From NCBI GenBank assembly GCA_040081825.1, contig JBEBFT010000004.1, forward strand, positions 11,523 through 75,522: DNA of 64,000 nucleotides, written 5' to 3'. The DNA is from Candidatus Peribacteraceae bacterium. Its GTDB lineage: Bacteria; Patescibacteriota; Gracilibacteria; Peribacterales; Peribacteraceae. Position 1 is the first letter of the stretch. Every line of letters starts with the position of its first letter. A program made the translations under genes and the position numbers. Of the stretch, positions 46,492 to 55,884 are shown piece after piece. The notes under the pieces were generated by a model. The model was not told the origin of the DNA and ran no database searches. It saw only the letters and a program-made list of their open reading frames with translations.

Positions 46492-47604
46492 CTAAAAGAG
46501 CTGCCAGACATCATTGAACGTAATCACAATGATGAGACCAATGAGCAGGAAAAAACCGATCGCGTTCGTCATGAGCTCGAAACGCTGATTGACAGGACGC
46601 CTGATCACCATCTCGACTAAGACGAAGAGCAATCGACCGCCATCGAGTGCCGGCAGTGGCAGGATGTTCAAAATCGCAAGACTGAGGCTCAGGAGTGCTA
46701 CTAGTCTGAGATATGTCATGAATCCTTCCTGCACCGAACTGTAGGTGAGCACCGCAATCCCAACGATACCTGTAATCCCTTCTGGAACGTGCGCCTTGAG
46801 AGCGAGTGAACGGAACAGATTGCCAATGCCGTACACGGTCTGCACCGTCATGAACACCGTCTCCTTCGCAGCGATGGAGATTGCAGAAGGAAGTGAGCGT
46901 GTCGGGGCCGACAGCCTGGCTGCAAACGGAGAAATGGCGACACCGGATTTCCCTTCACTCAGTGTCACGCGTACGTCACGCTCGACTGCGTCTTTCCCTT
47001 CTTTGAGTGTGTACGTGACGCTGCTTCGTCCCTGTTGCAGCGCAATCACTTCTTCGGGTGTCGACACGGGCGTCTTATTCACTGCAACGATCGCAGCATC
47101 CTTCACGATGCCAGCTTTGGCTGCTGGGCTACCAGACAGAACATCGGTGATATACACGCCTTCGGTGAGTTCGATTTCGCCACGGCCTGCAGCTGCGCGC
47201 AGTTCCTCGATCGTCGTGTAGTAGTTCGGCACCCAGCGTCCGATGGAGAAACCAATCGTGAGTAGCACGAATGCAAGGAGGAAGTTCATGGCCACTCCTC
47301 CGATCAGAATCAATATACGAGCTGGGATGGACGCTCCAGCGAAACTCCCCTTCTCACTGCGCTTGCTGGAATCGACTTCGTTCTCTCCTTTGAGTCGAAC
47401 GAATCCACCGAATGGGACCCAGTTGAGTGTGAAATCGGTGCCACCTTTGTGAAAAAGCGTCTTCGCCTTTGGCGGCAATCCAAAGCCAAATTCCTCAACT
47501 TCCACACCGAACAGTTTGGCGAGCGTGTAGTGCCCGAGTTCGTGAATGATGATGAGAAGAGTGAGGAGAAGGACGAACGCGAGGGCTGAGATCAGAACAG
47601 TCAC
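46492..47604 (-). CDS. rseP: RIP metalloprotease RseP (site-2 protease, M50) with a PDZ domain
   Basis: IIIHELGHYTLAKLFGVEVEEFGFGLPP (HExxH) and a C-terminal NILPLPALDGG. The start is set at GTG 47604, about 20 aa before HELGH; the ORF opens at TTG 47685. Confidence 0.85.
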   Translation of the reverse strand: MTVLISALAFVLLLTLLIIIHELGHYTLAKLFGVEVEEFGFGLPPKAKTLFHKGGTDFTLNWVPFGGFVRLKGENEVDSSKRSEKGSFAGASIPARILILIGGVAMNFLLAFVLLTIGFSIGRWVPNYYTTIEELRAAAGRGEIELTEGVYITDVLSGSPAAKAGIVKDAAIVAVNKTPVSTPEEVIALQQGRSSVTYTLKEGKDAVERDVRVTLSEGKSGVAISPFAARLSAPTRSLPSAISIAAKETVFMTVQTVYGIGNLFRSLALKAHVPEGITGIVGIAVLTYSSVQEGFMTYLRLVALLSLSLAILNILPLPALDGGRLLFVLVEMVIRRPVNQRFELMTNAIGFFLLIGLIIVITFNDVWQLF

Positions 47605-47658
47605 AAAGGGGTGGGGGCAAAACAACAAAATCGAGACAGAAGCAGACCTTACCAGCCA

Positions 47659-47684
47659 TGTGGAAAAGAAAAAAGTTATCCACA
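47659..47684. promoter_or_regulatory. inverted pair of DnaA-box-like 9-mers
   Basis: TGTGGAAAA at 47659-47667 is the complement of TTTTCCACA. A perfect TTATCCACA lies at 47676-47684, 8 nt away. Confidence 0.45.
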
Positions 47685-47849
47685 ACGATCTCCTGTTGCA
47701 CTGTTCTCCGGCTCATGACGCGATACTACAATGCGAGCTTCATTCGACTTCTGCGTCTTTGACATGTCAGAGAGACTAGTCACTTAGACCCTTGCAAAAA
47801 AGATCGACTAGTACTACAGAATGCGAAATTATTTCTTTCCCCAATTTAT

Positions 47850-48047
47850 ATGAGTAATACTCCTACTTCTTCCCCCGTTACAGAGAACACTGATGTCGCC
47901 CCGCAAGCGAACAATGGTGTGCCAGCGCAGTCTACAAACGAAAGTAGCAACTCTGCTCGTGAGCGAGAAATTGAAAGGCTCATGCAATTAACATCTGCTC
48001 TTATACTCGCTGAAAATCATGTCAGAAGAGAGCGAAACGGACGCTAA
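47850..48047 (+). CDS. hypothetical 65-aa protein
   Basis: Track ORF with a polar low-complexity N-half and a helical C-half. It is followed by a 12-bp hairpin. Confidence 0.35.
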   Translation: MSNTPTSSPVTENTDVAPQANNGVPAQSTNESSNSAREREIERLMQLTSALILAENHVRRERNGR

Positions 48048-48062
48048 AAACATAATAAACGC

Positions 48063-48089
48063 TACCACGTCACACATTGTGACGTGGTA
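48063..48089 (+). other. perfect 12-bp inverted repeat TACCACGTCACA-cat-TGTGACGTGGTA
   Basis: Read directly. There is no U tract, so terminator function is uncertain. Confidence 0.6.
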
Positions 48090-48153
48090 CAAAGAGGCCA
48101 GGGAACATTGACCAAAAGAAGAGTCATGCGTAGTCTTAGTTAGCTGAAAACAC

Positions 48154-48230
48154 GGGCAATTAGCTCAGCTGGCTAGAGCGCCACATTGACATTGTGGAGG
48201 TCACTGGTTCAAGTCCAGTATTGCCCACCA
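48154..48230 (+). tRNA. tRNA-Val (anticodon GAC), CCA encoded
   Basis: GGGCAATTAGCTCAGCTGGCTAGAGCGCCACATTGACATTGTGGAGGTCACTGGTTCAAGTCCAGTATTGCCCACCA. The anticodon loop is TTGACAT. Confidence 0.93.
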
Positions 48231-48270
48231 TCGAAACGGCAAAAAAGGCGTCACATTTTTGTGAATAAGA

Positions 48271-48302
48271 AAAAAACCTCGTATCAAAGTGACACGAGGT
48301 TT
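48271..48302 (-). terminator. intrinsic terminator for the 48325..49284 gene
   Basis: Minus-strand AAACCUCGU-gucacuuugau-ACGAGGUUU followed by UUUUUU. Confidence 0.7.
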
Positions 48303-48324
48303 AGTTTGCTGCACAGCAACTTGA

Positions 48325-49284
48325 CTATTTTTTCGGCGCGCGGTCGGGATAGTCCTCCCGCCACTTTGCCGCGCCTTTCTTCGCGAGCTCGAAAGCTTCC
48401 GCGAAGGAAATGTAGGTCCGATCTGCCGGCCAATCGGCTGGCAGAAATCCTGCCTCCTGAAGCGCCGCAATCGGCGCTCCGTTTTGGCCGTCAAACGGAC
48501 GATATACTTTGTACTGCTTCATCTCTGTCCAGGCCGTATTCAAGCCTTGGTACAGAGTTTCGGCGAGTTCTGCCTCAGACAACGCTAGGAGTGTCGGCTG
48601 AATCTTGCCCTCTGGGGAGAGGGCAATATTGATGCAGAGATGGTTCAGGCGGAAATCCTCCTGCCCATCTTCTTTAGGGTTTTTTTCCTTCATCGTCTTC
48701 GCGGCAAATGCCGCGAGGTCGCGAAGGCACTTCTCCTCACCGAATCCCCATTCCCCGCCGTCGGCGAGGAAGAACAGGGAATTCGGATAGGGCTCGGAGC
48801 CCTTGAACTCCCCTGGAGCCACATCCTGATACCAATAGGGACGCGGCAAGATGATGCAGCATTGGACTGCTTGAACGGAAAAAAGTCTTCCGTCATAGGG
48901 TTCGTAGTGCCGTGGGAATTCAACGTGGAGTTCCTGACCTGCCTTAAGAGTCAGGGAAACTGGTTCGTAGGTCGGTTCTGTCCGTAGGAGTTCGGTACCG
49001 TTCTCGCGAACGACGTAGGCCGCATGCTGCGGCCATCCGAATCGTAAGTGCCCGGCGCGAATCTTGAATTCCCGGTTGGGAACAAGTGATCCGATCTTGA
49101 CCGGATTCGCATCCATTTGGGGGTGATGAACCAGAATCAGTCGCTTTTGACCCTCCGACTGAGCAGCCAATCGACCAGAGTAAAGTTGACCGACACTGAC
49201 GCCGAATACAGGAACTTCCTGCGCGACCGCAACTGAGCCAAGGCTCAGAAATGCGATCAAACAAAAAATAGAAAATCGAAACAT
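48325..49284 (-). CDS. secreted hypothetical protein (visibly GC-richer than its surroundings)
   Basis: 319 aa with signal peptide MFRFSIFCLIAFLSLGSVAVAQE. No family recognised. Confidence 0.55.
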   Translation of the reverse strand: MFRFSIFCLIAFLSLGSVAVAQEVPVFGVSVGQLYSGRLAAQSEGQKRLILVHHPQMDANPVKIGSLVPNREFKIRAGHLRFGWPQHAAYVVRENGTELLRTEPTYEPVSLTLKAGQELHVEFPRHYEPYDGRLFSVQAVQCCIILPRPYWYQDVAPGEFKGSEPYPNSLFFLADGGEWGFGEEKCLRDLAAFAAKTMKEKNPKEDGQEDFRLNHLCINIALSPEGKIQPTLLALSEAELAETLYQGLNTAWTEMKQYKVYRPFDGQNGAPIAALQEAGFLPADWPADRTYISFAEAFELAKKGAAKWREDYPDRAPKK

Positions 49285-49424
49285 GCTTTATATCTCCATG
49301 ATGTGAGAGAACAGACCGCTTGTGCAGCAAACGGTGCCCGGAATGGGCATGAGACTGGAACATCCAGGCTCATATAGAATTATGATACATTTTTACATTT
49401 TAGTCAATTGTCGCTATTCTCCTC

Positions 49425-49688
49425 TTAGTGGTGCCTGCACCCCTGCCAGCAGCAAGGCCTGCGTTTTCCTGCCCCAAGCTGTTCCACTCCAATCCGTATG
49501 CGCTTCGCCCTCGTCTCTTCTTTCTTGGCGGACTGCATCCAGCAAATCCACTCGTTCCTCGCGAGCGGCGTTATGTCCGACCACGTTATGCGCGCGTCCT
49601 TCGTACTGAGTAGCGCCGCTGCTACGTCCACAGGCAAGTGATGATGACTGCCCGCCTCTAGCGCTCTGGCTACATCATCTTTTTTCAT
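49425..49688 (-). CDS. YdeI/OmpD-associated family (DUF1801-related) small protein
   Basis: MKKDDVARALEAG...WSDITPLARNEWICWMQSAKKEETRAKRIRIGVEQLGAGKRRPC matches the YdeI C-terminal pattern (WI..AK..ETR..RI). The start is taken at the internal Met. Confidence 0.6.
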   Translation of the reverse strand: MKKDDVARALEAGSHHHLPVDVAAALLSTKDARITWSDITPLARNEWICWMQSAKKEETRAKRIRIGVEQLGAGKRRPCCWQGCRHH

Positions 49689-50175
49689 GTTCTGAGCGAA
49701 GCGGAAAGATGCTCGAAAATGAACGAACGGTCCAGAATGCCATCCACACGCACGCAACATATCCCCATACTGTCGCAATCGGATACGCATCTGGTTCACC
49801 GAATGCCACGAGCAGAACGACCCAATGCATAGAAATGAGTGCACAGAAAAACATCGTCCCGATGCTAAGGAGAATCCCGAGCACCGGTCTCATGATTCGC
49901 AACAAAATGGACTGTGGTTTCAGTAATGTGAGGTAGACCAGTAGAGGAAGAAAGATCGTCAGGGCCAGAAGTGATACGGGGCGAGGGCTAGGAACGAGGT
50001 ACGTCTGCATCCCAAGTCCATGAGAGGCTATCTGAAAGAGCGTCACCGCTCCGCTATCACCAAATGAATCCTGACTCAGAACGGAAAGTGACTGAAATGG
50101 TACGACGAAAAACAAGGTCGAAACTGCAGCGATGACAACGATATCAACGATAGTCCGTGAGATGTGTTTGGTCAT
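49675..50175 (-). CDS. hypothetical polytopic membrane protein
   Basis: A start at MTKHISR avoids overlap with the upstream gene. About 5 TM helices. Confidence 0.45.
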   Translation of the reverse strand: MTKHISRTIVDIVVIAAVSTLFFVVPFQSLSVLSQDSFGDSGAVTLFQIASHGLGMQTYLVPSPRPVSLLALTIFLPLLVYLTLLKPQSILLRIMRPVLGILLSIGTMFFCALISMHWVVLLVAFGEPDAYPIATVWGYVACVWMAFWTVRSFSSIFPLRSEHEKR

Positions 50176-50200
50176 TGAATGAGAAGAAAAAAGGTTTACA

Positions 50201-51196
50201 TCATGAGAGTGTTGTCGCTTCTTGAGGCGTGCTGCCGACGTCGCCCTCATCACGAATGTCACCGACCAATTCCTCCAGCGTGTCCTCCAGTGTCACGAGT
50301 CCAACGACCGTCTGTCCATCTTGGACAATCGCCAGTTGCGCATTCGTGCGTCTGAGGAGATTCAGGAGTTCATCGCAGCGAAGACCAGCCTGCACGACGA
50401 GTACCTTACGCTTGAGCGTAGATACTGGAGCATCACGCCTGCCATTGGCAAGCGCCTCCAGCACATCACGACTGAGCGCATACCCAATCACACTCCCATC
50501 ATTCTGGACGAGAGGGTAACGAGAGTAGTGATGATGGAACACAATACGTGCGGCATCGAGCACGGTCGCATCGGTTTTGATCGTCACCATCGTACTCGCA
50601 GGCGACAGAATGTCTCTGACCATACGGTCATTCAGCACGAAAGCGCGATGAATCAGTTCGCGTTCGTCTGCATCGATGTGCCCCGCTCCCCTACCGATAT
50701 TGGCAAGTGCTCTGATTTGCTCCTCGGTCCCAACGTGCCTGTGGCCTGACTTGAAGAGTCGCGCGATGCGCTCAAAAATAAAGACAATGGGAAAGAGAAT
50801 CAGCACACTGATCTGAAGCACGGGAGCGATCACGCGACTGATCGTCGGCGCGTAGTGAGCTCCGATTGATTTCGGGATGATCTCAGAAAAAAGAATGGTC
50901 GCAAACGTGAGAATGGCTGTAATGACGCCGATTGCCTCGCTACCGAAGAGATCAACTGCCTTACGACCAACCAGAATCGGACCCAGAATATTGGTCATGT
51001 TCGTACAGATGACGATGACGATGATCGCTCGAGTTGTGTGGCGAAGAAGAGACTTTAGCTCTCTCGCTCCCCACGCTTTTCGTGTGATCAGTACCTCTAC
51101 TTCTGCAGGCGAGACATTCAAAATAGCCGCATCGATCATGGCAAAGAAACCCGATGCAGCGACGAAGAGTGAAGCGAGAAGAAGAAGTTCCAACAT
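50201..51196 (-). CDS. CNNM/CorC-type transporter (DUF21 membrane domain plus CBS pair) without the CorC_HlyC C-terminal domain
   Basis: The DUF21-like N-terminal half has EIIPKSIG. A CBS pair follows (VRDILSPAS..., LAIVQDGQTVVGLVTLEDTLEELVG). Confidence 0.8.
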   Translation of the reverse strand: MLELLLLASLFVAASGFFAMIDAAILNVSPAEVEVLITRKAWGARELKSLLRHTTRAIIVIVICTNMTNILGPILVGRKAVDLFGSEAIGVITAILTFATILFSEIIPKSIGAHYAPTISRVIAPVLQISVLILFPIVFIFERIARLFKSGHRHVGTEEQIRALANIGRGAGHIDADERELIHRAFVLNDRMVRDILSPASTMVTIKTDATVLDAARIVFHHHYSRYPLVQNDGSVIGYALSRDVLEALANGRRDAPVSTLKRKVLVVQAGLRCDELLNLLRRTNAQLAIVQDGQTVVGLVTLEDTLEELVGDIRDEGDVGSTPQEATTLS

Positions 51197-51348
51197 TTGT
51201 ATCCCTAAGTGTACCACATATTGCACCGTTCTGCACTCATGCGGAACAGTGGATATTCAGCTTCCAGATTCACAATCTCTGATACCCAGCACACTTCCCA
51301 CTTCATTTTCTGATGTGCGTTCGAAGTGTGGCAGAGACACTATGTGAG

Positions 51349-51969
51349 ATGCGCCTCATCGACATCGTTCTTGACTGCCTGCTCGGTCCGCTCATTGCGG
51401 ATTATCACACGCTCACCATGGAGCTCGTGGAACACTGCCCAGACGCACTCAGGATCCGTGGACTCACTTCACTCGACGGACTCATCGCGGCGGGTCGGTA
51501 CGACAATACCAAGAATATGAAGACGCTGCTTCGCCGATTCAAATTCGGTCGCGCATCGCTTCTCTCTCGTCCACTCGGCAAAGTGTTAGCAGACGCTATC
51601 AACACATCGACACTACCCCGCACGAACGATGTCGTATTGGTTCCCGTTCCCCTCTTCTGGGCACGCGAGTGTGATCGTGGCTTCAATCAATCGGCACTGC
51701 TTGCGAACGTCGTGTCCGAGGTGACTCGCATTCCATACATGGAACTACTGCGTCGTACACGTCACACTGGCAGGCAGGCGTTACGTACGAGAAGGGAAAG
51801 ATTGCATGCTCTTGATGGTGCATTTGCATGCACTGTTCAGCATGTTCCACGGACCATCATCCTGATCGATGACCTGTCCACAACAGGAGCCACATTGGAG
51901 GAATGCGCGCTCACTCTGAAGAGGCATGGAGCCAAGATTGTGCTTGGCGCTGTCGTTGCCGTTGGATAG
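51349..51969 (+). CDS. comFC: ComF-family phosphoribosyltransferase-domain protein
   Basis: VPVPLFWARECDRGFNQS and the PRT motif IILIDDLSTTGATLEEC. The N-terminal Cys-finger looks degenerate. Confidence 0.75.
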   Translation: MRLIDIVLDCLLGPLIADYHTLTMELVEHCPDALRIRGLTSLDGLIAAGRYDNTKNMKTLLRRFKFGRASLLSRPLGKVLADAINTSTLPRTNDVVLVPVPLFWARECDRGFNQSALLANVVSEVTRIPYMELLRRTRHTGRQALRTRRERLHALDGAFACTVQHVPRTIILIDDLSTTGATLEECALTLKRHGAKIVLGAVVAVG

Positions 51970-52054
51970 GGCTAGCAGATGCCGAAAACAAGAAGTTTTT
52001 GTTCCACCACTTTTACACGTATATGCAATGTTTGACGAAAGCGAAAGACGGTGT

Positions 52055-52077
52055 TTTCTGGTATACTAAAGAGATTT
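52055..52077 (+). promoter_or_regulatory. extended -10 promoter module TGGTATACT-10 nt-ATG, near-identical to 29582-29603
   Basis: tttcTGGTATACTaaagagatttATG. TATACT at 52062-52067 and ATG at 52078. Confidence 0.55.
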
Positions 52078-52551
52078 ATGGACACACACCCACACACACT
52101 TCTTTCCTGGACTGCAAAGGCAAAAGTCGATCATGAACGTGGCAATCTTTGGTACGTGATCGGCGGAGGTTTCTGCGGATTCATGATTGTGTACAGCATC
52201 CTCACGGCAGCGTATACACAGGTGATCGTTTTCCTACTTCTCCCTGGTGCACTCATGATCATTCGACGTGCATCGCACAAAGAGCACACCGCAGCGATCA
52301 CCGATGCAGGATTCATGTTGGATGGAGCACTCACGCCCTGGAACGATCTGGATGAGTTCTGGATCCTGCGTGGCTCTGACTATTTCGAACTGCACATCTC
52401 ACAGAAGAATTCGCTCAAGGGAGACATCCTGATTCAGACGGGTAGCGAAGATCCGATGCAGGTACGCGACCTGCTACTCACGTACGTAAAGCCGGGTATT
52501 GGAAAAAAGGAAAGAATAGTTGACGCGCTTATTCGTTTCTGTAAACTATAG
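52078..52551 (+). CDS. small two-TM protein with a C-terminal soluble (bacterial PH-like?) domain
   Basis: The track ORF starts at GTG 52051 inside the promoter module, so ATG 52078 (MDTHPHTLLSW...) is preferred. The TAG stop abuts the ATG of the next gene. Confidence 0.5.
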   Translation: MDTHPHTLLSWTAKAKVDHERGNLWYVIGGGFCGFMIVYSILTAAYTQVIVFLLLPGALMIIRRASHKEHTAAITDAGFMLDGALTPWNDLDEFWILRGSDYFELHISQKNSLKGDILIQTGSEDPMQVRDLLLTYVKPGIGKKERIVDALIRFCKL

Positions 52552-55500
52552 ATGCTGCGCAGGAAGTCATTTGCGCGCCTTGCCTTTCACCACTCTCCTG
52601 AGAAGGAGCAGCGGCTGATTGCGGTGCAAGGCGGCAACGCTCCGCAGGGTCCACAGAATCCGCCTGACCAAAACGCGCAGAGAAATCAATCAGGTACACC
52701 GCTTAGCAAGCGTCAGGAATTTCATGACGCGATGTTTGACGCAGTGAGTCCCGACTCCAGTCAACGCGTCGTGAATGACTACTTGCCTGAAATCCTAGAA
52801 GTCACAGGTGGTACCGAGTCTGATGTTATCGGTTCCGATGCGAACGAAATCGTCGAGCTCGTGCGTGGAGCACTGGTTGATAGACTGATTCTAGAAGAAG
52901 GTCGCCGAAAGGAATTGGCAACATTGATTGAAAACATCGATACGAGCGTAGCGGAAGAGACGAAGCTGCAAGCACTGATCGATGGCAACAAAGAGCTCTT
53001 TGCGCACTATGTTGATCTGGAAACCACAGTCGATCCATCGACAATCATCAACCTAGTGCAGGCAATCTTGCATAAAGAAGTACTGCAGATTCAGAAGATA
53101 AAATTCGCTCGAGAAAAAAGTGCAAAGTGGAATTTCCTGATGAGCGATGATTTTGAGGAGCTGTACTGGAAAGGCAAGAAACCAGTGAATGGCGAGACAC
53201 CGTCTGCATTCGTGCTCGGAAACACCGTGCATTTCAATATCGATCATCCGGATTTTCGGGGAGAAGATCGCGAACTTTTGGCAAAGCGGGCAATCATTCA
53301 CGAGATGACGCACATCGCACTCGGAGTTGCCGAGAAAAAGAACACGCTGCTACAGAAGTGGACCGACACACTGCGTGGCCATCCACGATGGAACGATCTG
53401 AGAAGCGCACTCGAAGAAATGTTCCATAGCAACGGCACAATGCAACACGAGCAGCCGACCGTGCGCAAAATGGTCGACGAGGCGCTGGCGATCTACGCTG
53501 CCGAGGAACGATCTCCACGTGAACTGAAACCTGACACTCCACGCAATCGCATCGTGCTGATTCTCCGTGACATATTCCAGAATCCTCACACCGGACACCT
53601 GACGACACTTAAAACAGAGTTGGATGCCAAGTTGGACCTGCTTCTGGAGACCAAGAACCGCGATGGCACAGAGTCGCCATCGATTGATAGCATGCTGCTA
53701 CGGGCAGCAAACGATAGTCAGCAGAATAAGAACGTTGAAGATCGGATCAATAACGATCCAGAAGCCGAGGAGCGACGTGCAAACGCAGCGGAAGAAATGG
53801 AAGAGGTGGATGAAAAAAATGCGAAAGAAAAAATCACCCCCGAGATGCTGGAGGAAAAAGTCGGCACGGTACGAGGAAAAATCAAAACCATGGTCACACA
53901 AGCAGATCTTCTCGGTACACTCGCAGCAGAGAGCCCACATGAAGGTGACGACAAAGAAAAAATGGTCGCTGAAGTGCGCACGCTACGCGAAAGCCTCGGA
54001 AATATGGGAACGGACTTGGTGTCGATCGACAGCCTGACACAAGGACTCAAAAACTGGGGGAAACTCTCAGTCGAAGAGAAGTCTCAAATGACCCAGAGAC
54101 TACAATTCCCAGATAATCCCTACGAACGCGTGGGTGCGAATTACTCAGAGGCAGAGGCAGATGCAGCCACGGCTGTAAACCGTCAGAAGAGCGTGGACGC
54201 ACTGCATGGACTGCTCTCGAAGTGGGAGAAAATGGCAGAAAATATCGAAAAGGCCGTCACGACAGGAAATGATGAGCAAAAAGCATCTGAGAAGGGACAG
54301 GTAGAAGGCAGTTTCATGGGATGGATGAAGAAAACGTTTCGGTCGAACGGAGGCGGGATCGTATGGCTCTCGCCACTCAATATCGTCAACATTGTGAAAA
54401 GTTATCGAGATGCAATCGTCGAAAACTACAAATCAGGGCAGCTCGTGAAAGAAAACATGACCGCACGTGCGATCTCTGAAAAGTTTTTCTTCTTCAAGCC
54501 CATTCGTCACACACTCAAGAAACTTTCTCGCTCAACGAACAATAAAGAAACATCCGAATTCAAAGAATATATTACAGCGGAAGGTTATACCTTTGAGGAA
54601 ATATTTGGACCGGATGGAAAGGGTGAGAAAACGGGCTTACTCCACGAAAACAGGCATAACTTTAACCGTGCTAAAGCCGTTCTAGAGTATGCAGCTGATC
54701 ACGCATGGCTCTACTTCCTCAATCGTCTGGATGGACACAATGTGTATGAAATCGATTTCCAAGGAGTAGAAGGCAAGCAATCCTTCGAAGAGCTGGTTGA
54801 AATGCACGAAGCGGGCAAATCAAAACAAATCCAAAAAGGTACAGACAAGGTCGATAAAGATCCGGATGTACCGCCAATCATGGACATGATGCTCAGTGAA
54901 CTGAAGCAAAAAAACATCTTCGTCGTGCAAGGAATCATGAAAAGACTGCAGGATAAAGCGAAATACTCCCACAGCAACACATGGATGCTCACGACACTGT
55001 TGATGTACATCAGAGACAACAGTCAGGCAGACCCCACTCTCAAATTTTGCTTAGACAAGGGTATGATGGACAACATCAGTAACCACACGATTGGTCAGTC
55101 AGCGTGGTCGATCACTTGGCTAAAGCTGAAACGACACGAAATCGCTCAATGGAAAAATAATGGCGAAAGAGATGGGCGTATAGGTTTTGGAAACAACACA
55201 GTGACATCTACCATGGAACAAATTGAGAAGAAGCTGGCTGAACTGGGAGCTGACTTCCCAGATGACGACGAGGGTAAGATGGCAAAATATGAAGCTATTG
55301 GATTAGTTCTAGCGGGCAAAACATTTTCTGAATCGAATGAAGAAGTGATGCGAAGAGGATTAACCCGATATGGCTGGAAAAAGGGTGCGTCGATCTCAAT
55401 ATTTGATGATGAATTTGTGAAGTATAGAGATGATTACTTCAATACCACTACAGGAAAAACAACGGATCCGGGAAAAACGGATGACGACTACTTCGCACAT

Positions 55501-55881
55501 GATAATGGTGGTTCGGATATTCTCCTTGCCAGTAGGACTATCACTGAAGCCATTGTGAATAAGGAATCCCAAGGTTCGTTTACTGAACCCGCAAAAGCGA
55601 AAGGATACTATGCGCAGCTCTTTGATCGAGACGATGAACTGCAGGCCAGAGGAGGTCCAGCTGCAGCAAATTTCAGAATCGAAATGAAGAAGAAACTAAT
55701 CAGCACATTCAAGGTCGGTTATCAGATTCCCGCTGCAGCAACTCAAATTCGTAAAGACTTAGATTCAACTGGAAGACCTATCCTTGAGGAGTTAAAAAGG
55801 AGAAAAATCATCACTGAAGCAGACTTCAGCACGGACGAAAAGAAGCTTTGGCACAACCTCATGGGAACGAAGGCTGAGTAA
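52552..55881 (+). CDS. 1109-aa orphan protein with an HEXXH motif in a DUF4157-like context and long charged coiled regions
   Basis: An uninterrupted ORF with LGNTVHFNIDHPDF..ELLAKRAIIHEMTHIALG at aa 222-258. There is no signal peptide and no other family is recognised. Confidence 0.6.
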   Translation: MLRRKSFARLAFHHSPEKEQRLIAVQGGNAPQGPQNPPDQNAQRNQSGTPLSKRQEFHDAMFDAVSPDSSQRVVNDYLPEILEVTGGTESDVIGSDANEIVELVRGALVDRLILEEGRRKELATLIENIDTSVAEETKLQALIDGNKELFAHYVDLETTVDPSTIINLVQAILHKEVLQIQKIKFAREKSAKWNFLMSDDFEELYWKGKKPVNGETPSAFVLGNTVHFNIDHPDFRGEDRELLAKRAIIHEMTHIALGVAEKKNTLLQKWTDTLRGHPRWNDLRSALEEMFHSNGTMQHEQPTVRKMVDEALAIYAAEERSPRELKPDTPRNRIVLILRDIFQNPHTGHLTTLKTELDAKLDLLLETKNRDGTESPSIDSMLLRAANDSQQNKNVEDRINNDPEAEERRANAAEEMEEVDEKNAKEKITPEMLEEKVGTVRGKIKTMVTQADLLGTLAAESPHEGDDKEKMVAEVRTLRESLGNMGTDLVSIDSLTQGLKNWGKLSVEEKSQMTQRLQFPDNPYERVGANYSEAEADAATAVNRQKSVDALHGLLSKWEKMAENIEKAVTTGNDEQKASEKGQVEGSFMGWMKKTFRSNGGGIVWLSPLNIVNIVKSYRDAIVENYKSGQLVKENMTARAISEKFFFFKPIRHTLKKLSRSTNNKETSEFKEYITAEGYTFEEIFGPDGKGEKTGLLHENRHNFNRAKAVLEYAADHAWLYFLNRLDGHNVYEIDFQGVEGKQSFEELVEMHEAGKSKQIQKGTDKVDKDPDVPPIMDMMLSELKQKNIFVVQGIMKRLQDKAKYSHSNTWMLTTLLMYIRDNSQADPTLKFCLDKGMMDNISNHTIGQSAWSITWLKLKRHEIAQWKNNGERDGRIGFGNNTVTSTMEQIEKKLAELGADFPDDDEGKMAKYEAIGLVLAGKTFSESNEEVMRRGLTRYGWKKGASISIFDDEFVKYRDDYFNTTTGKTTDPGKTDDDYFAHDNGGSDILLASRTITEAIVNKESQGSFTEPAKAKGYYAQLFDRDDELQARGGPAAANFRIEMKKKLISTFKVGYQIPAAATQIRKDLDSTGRPILEELKRRKIITEADFSTDEKKLWHNLMGTKAE

Positions 55882-55884
55882 CCT

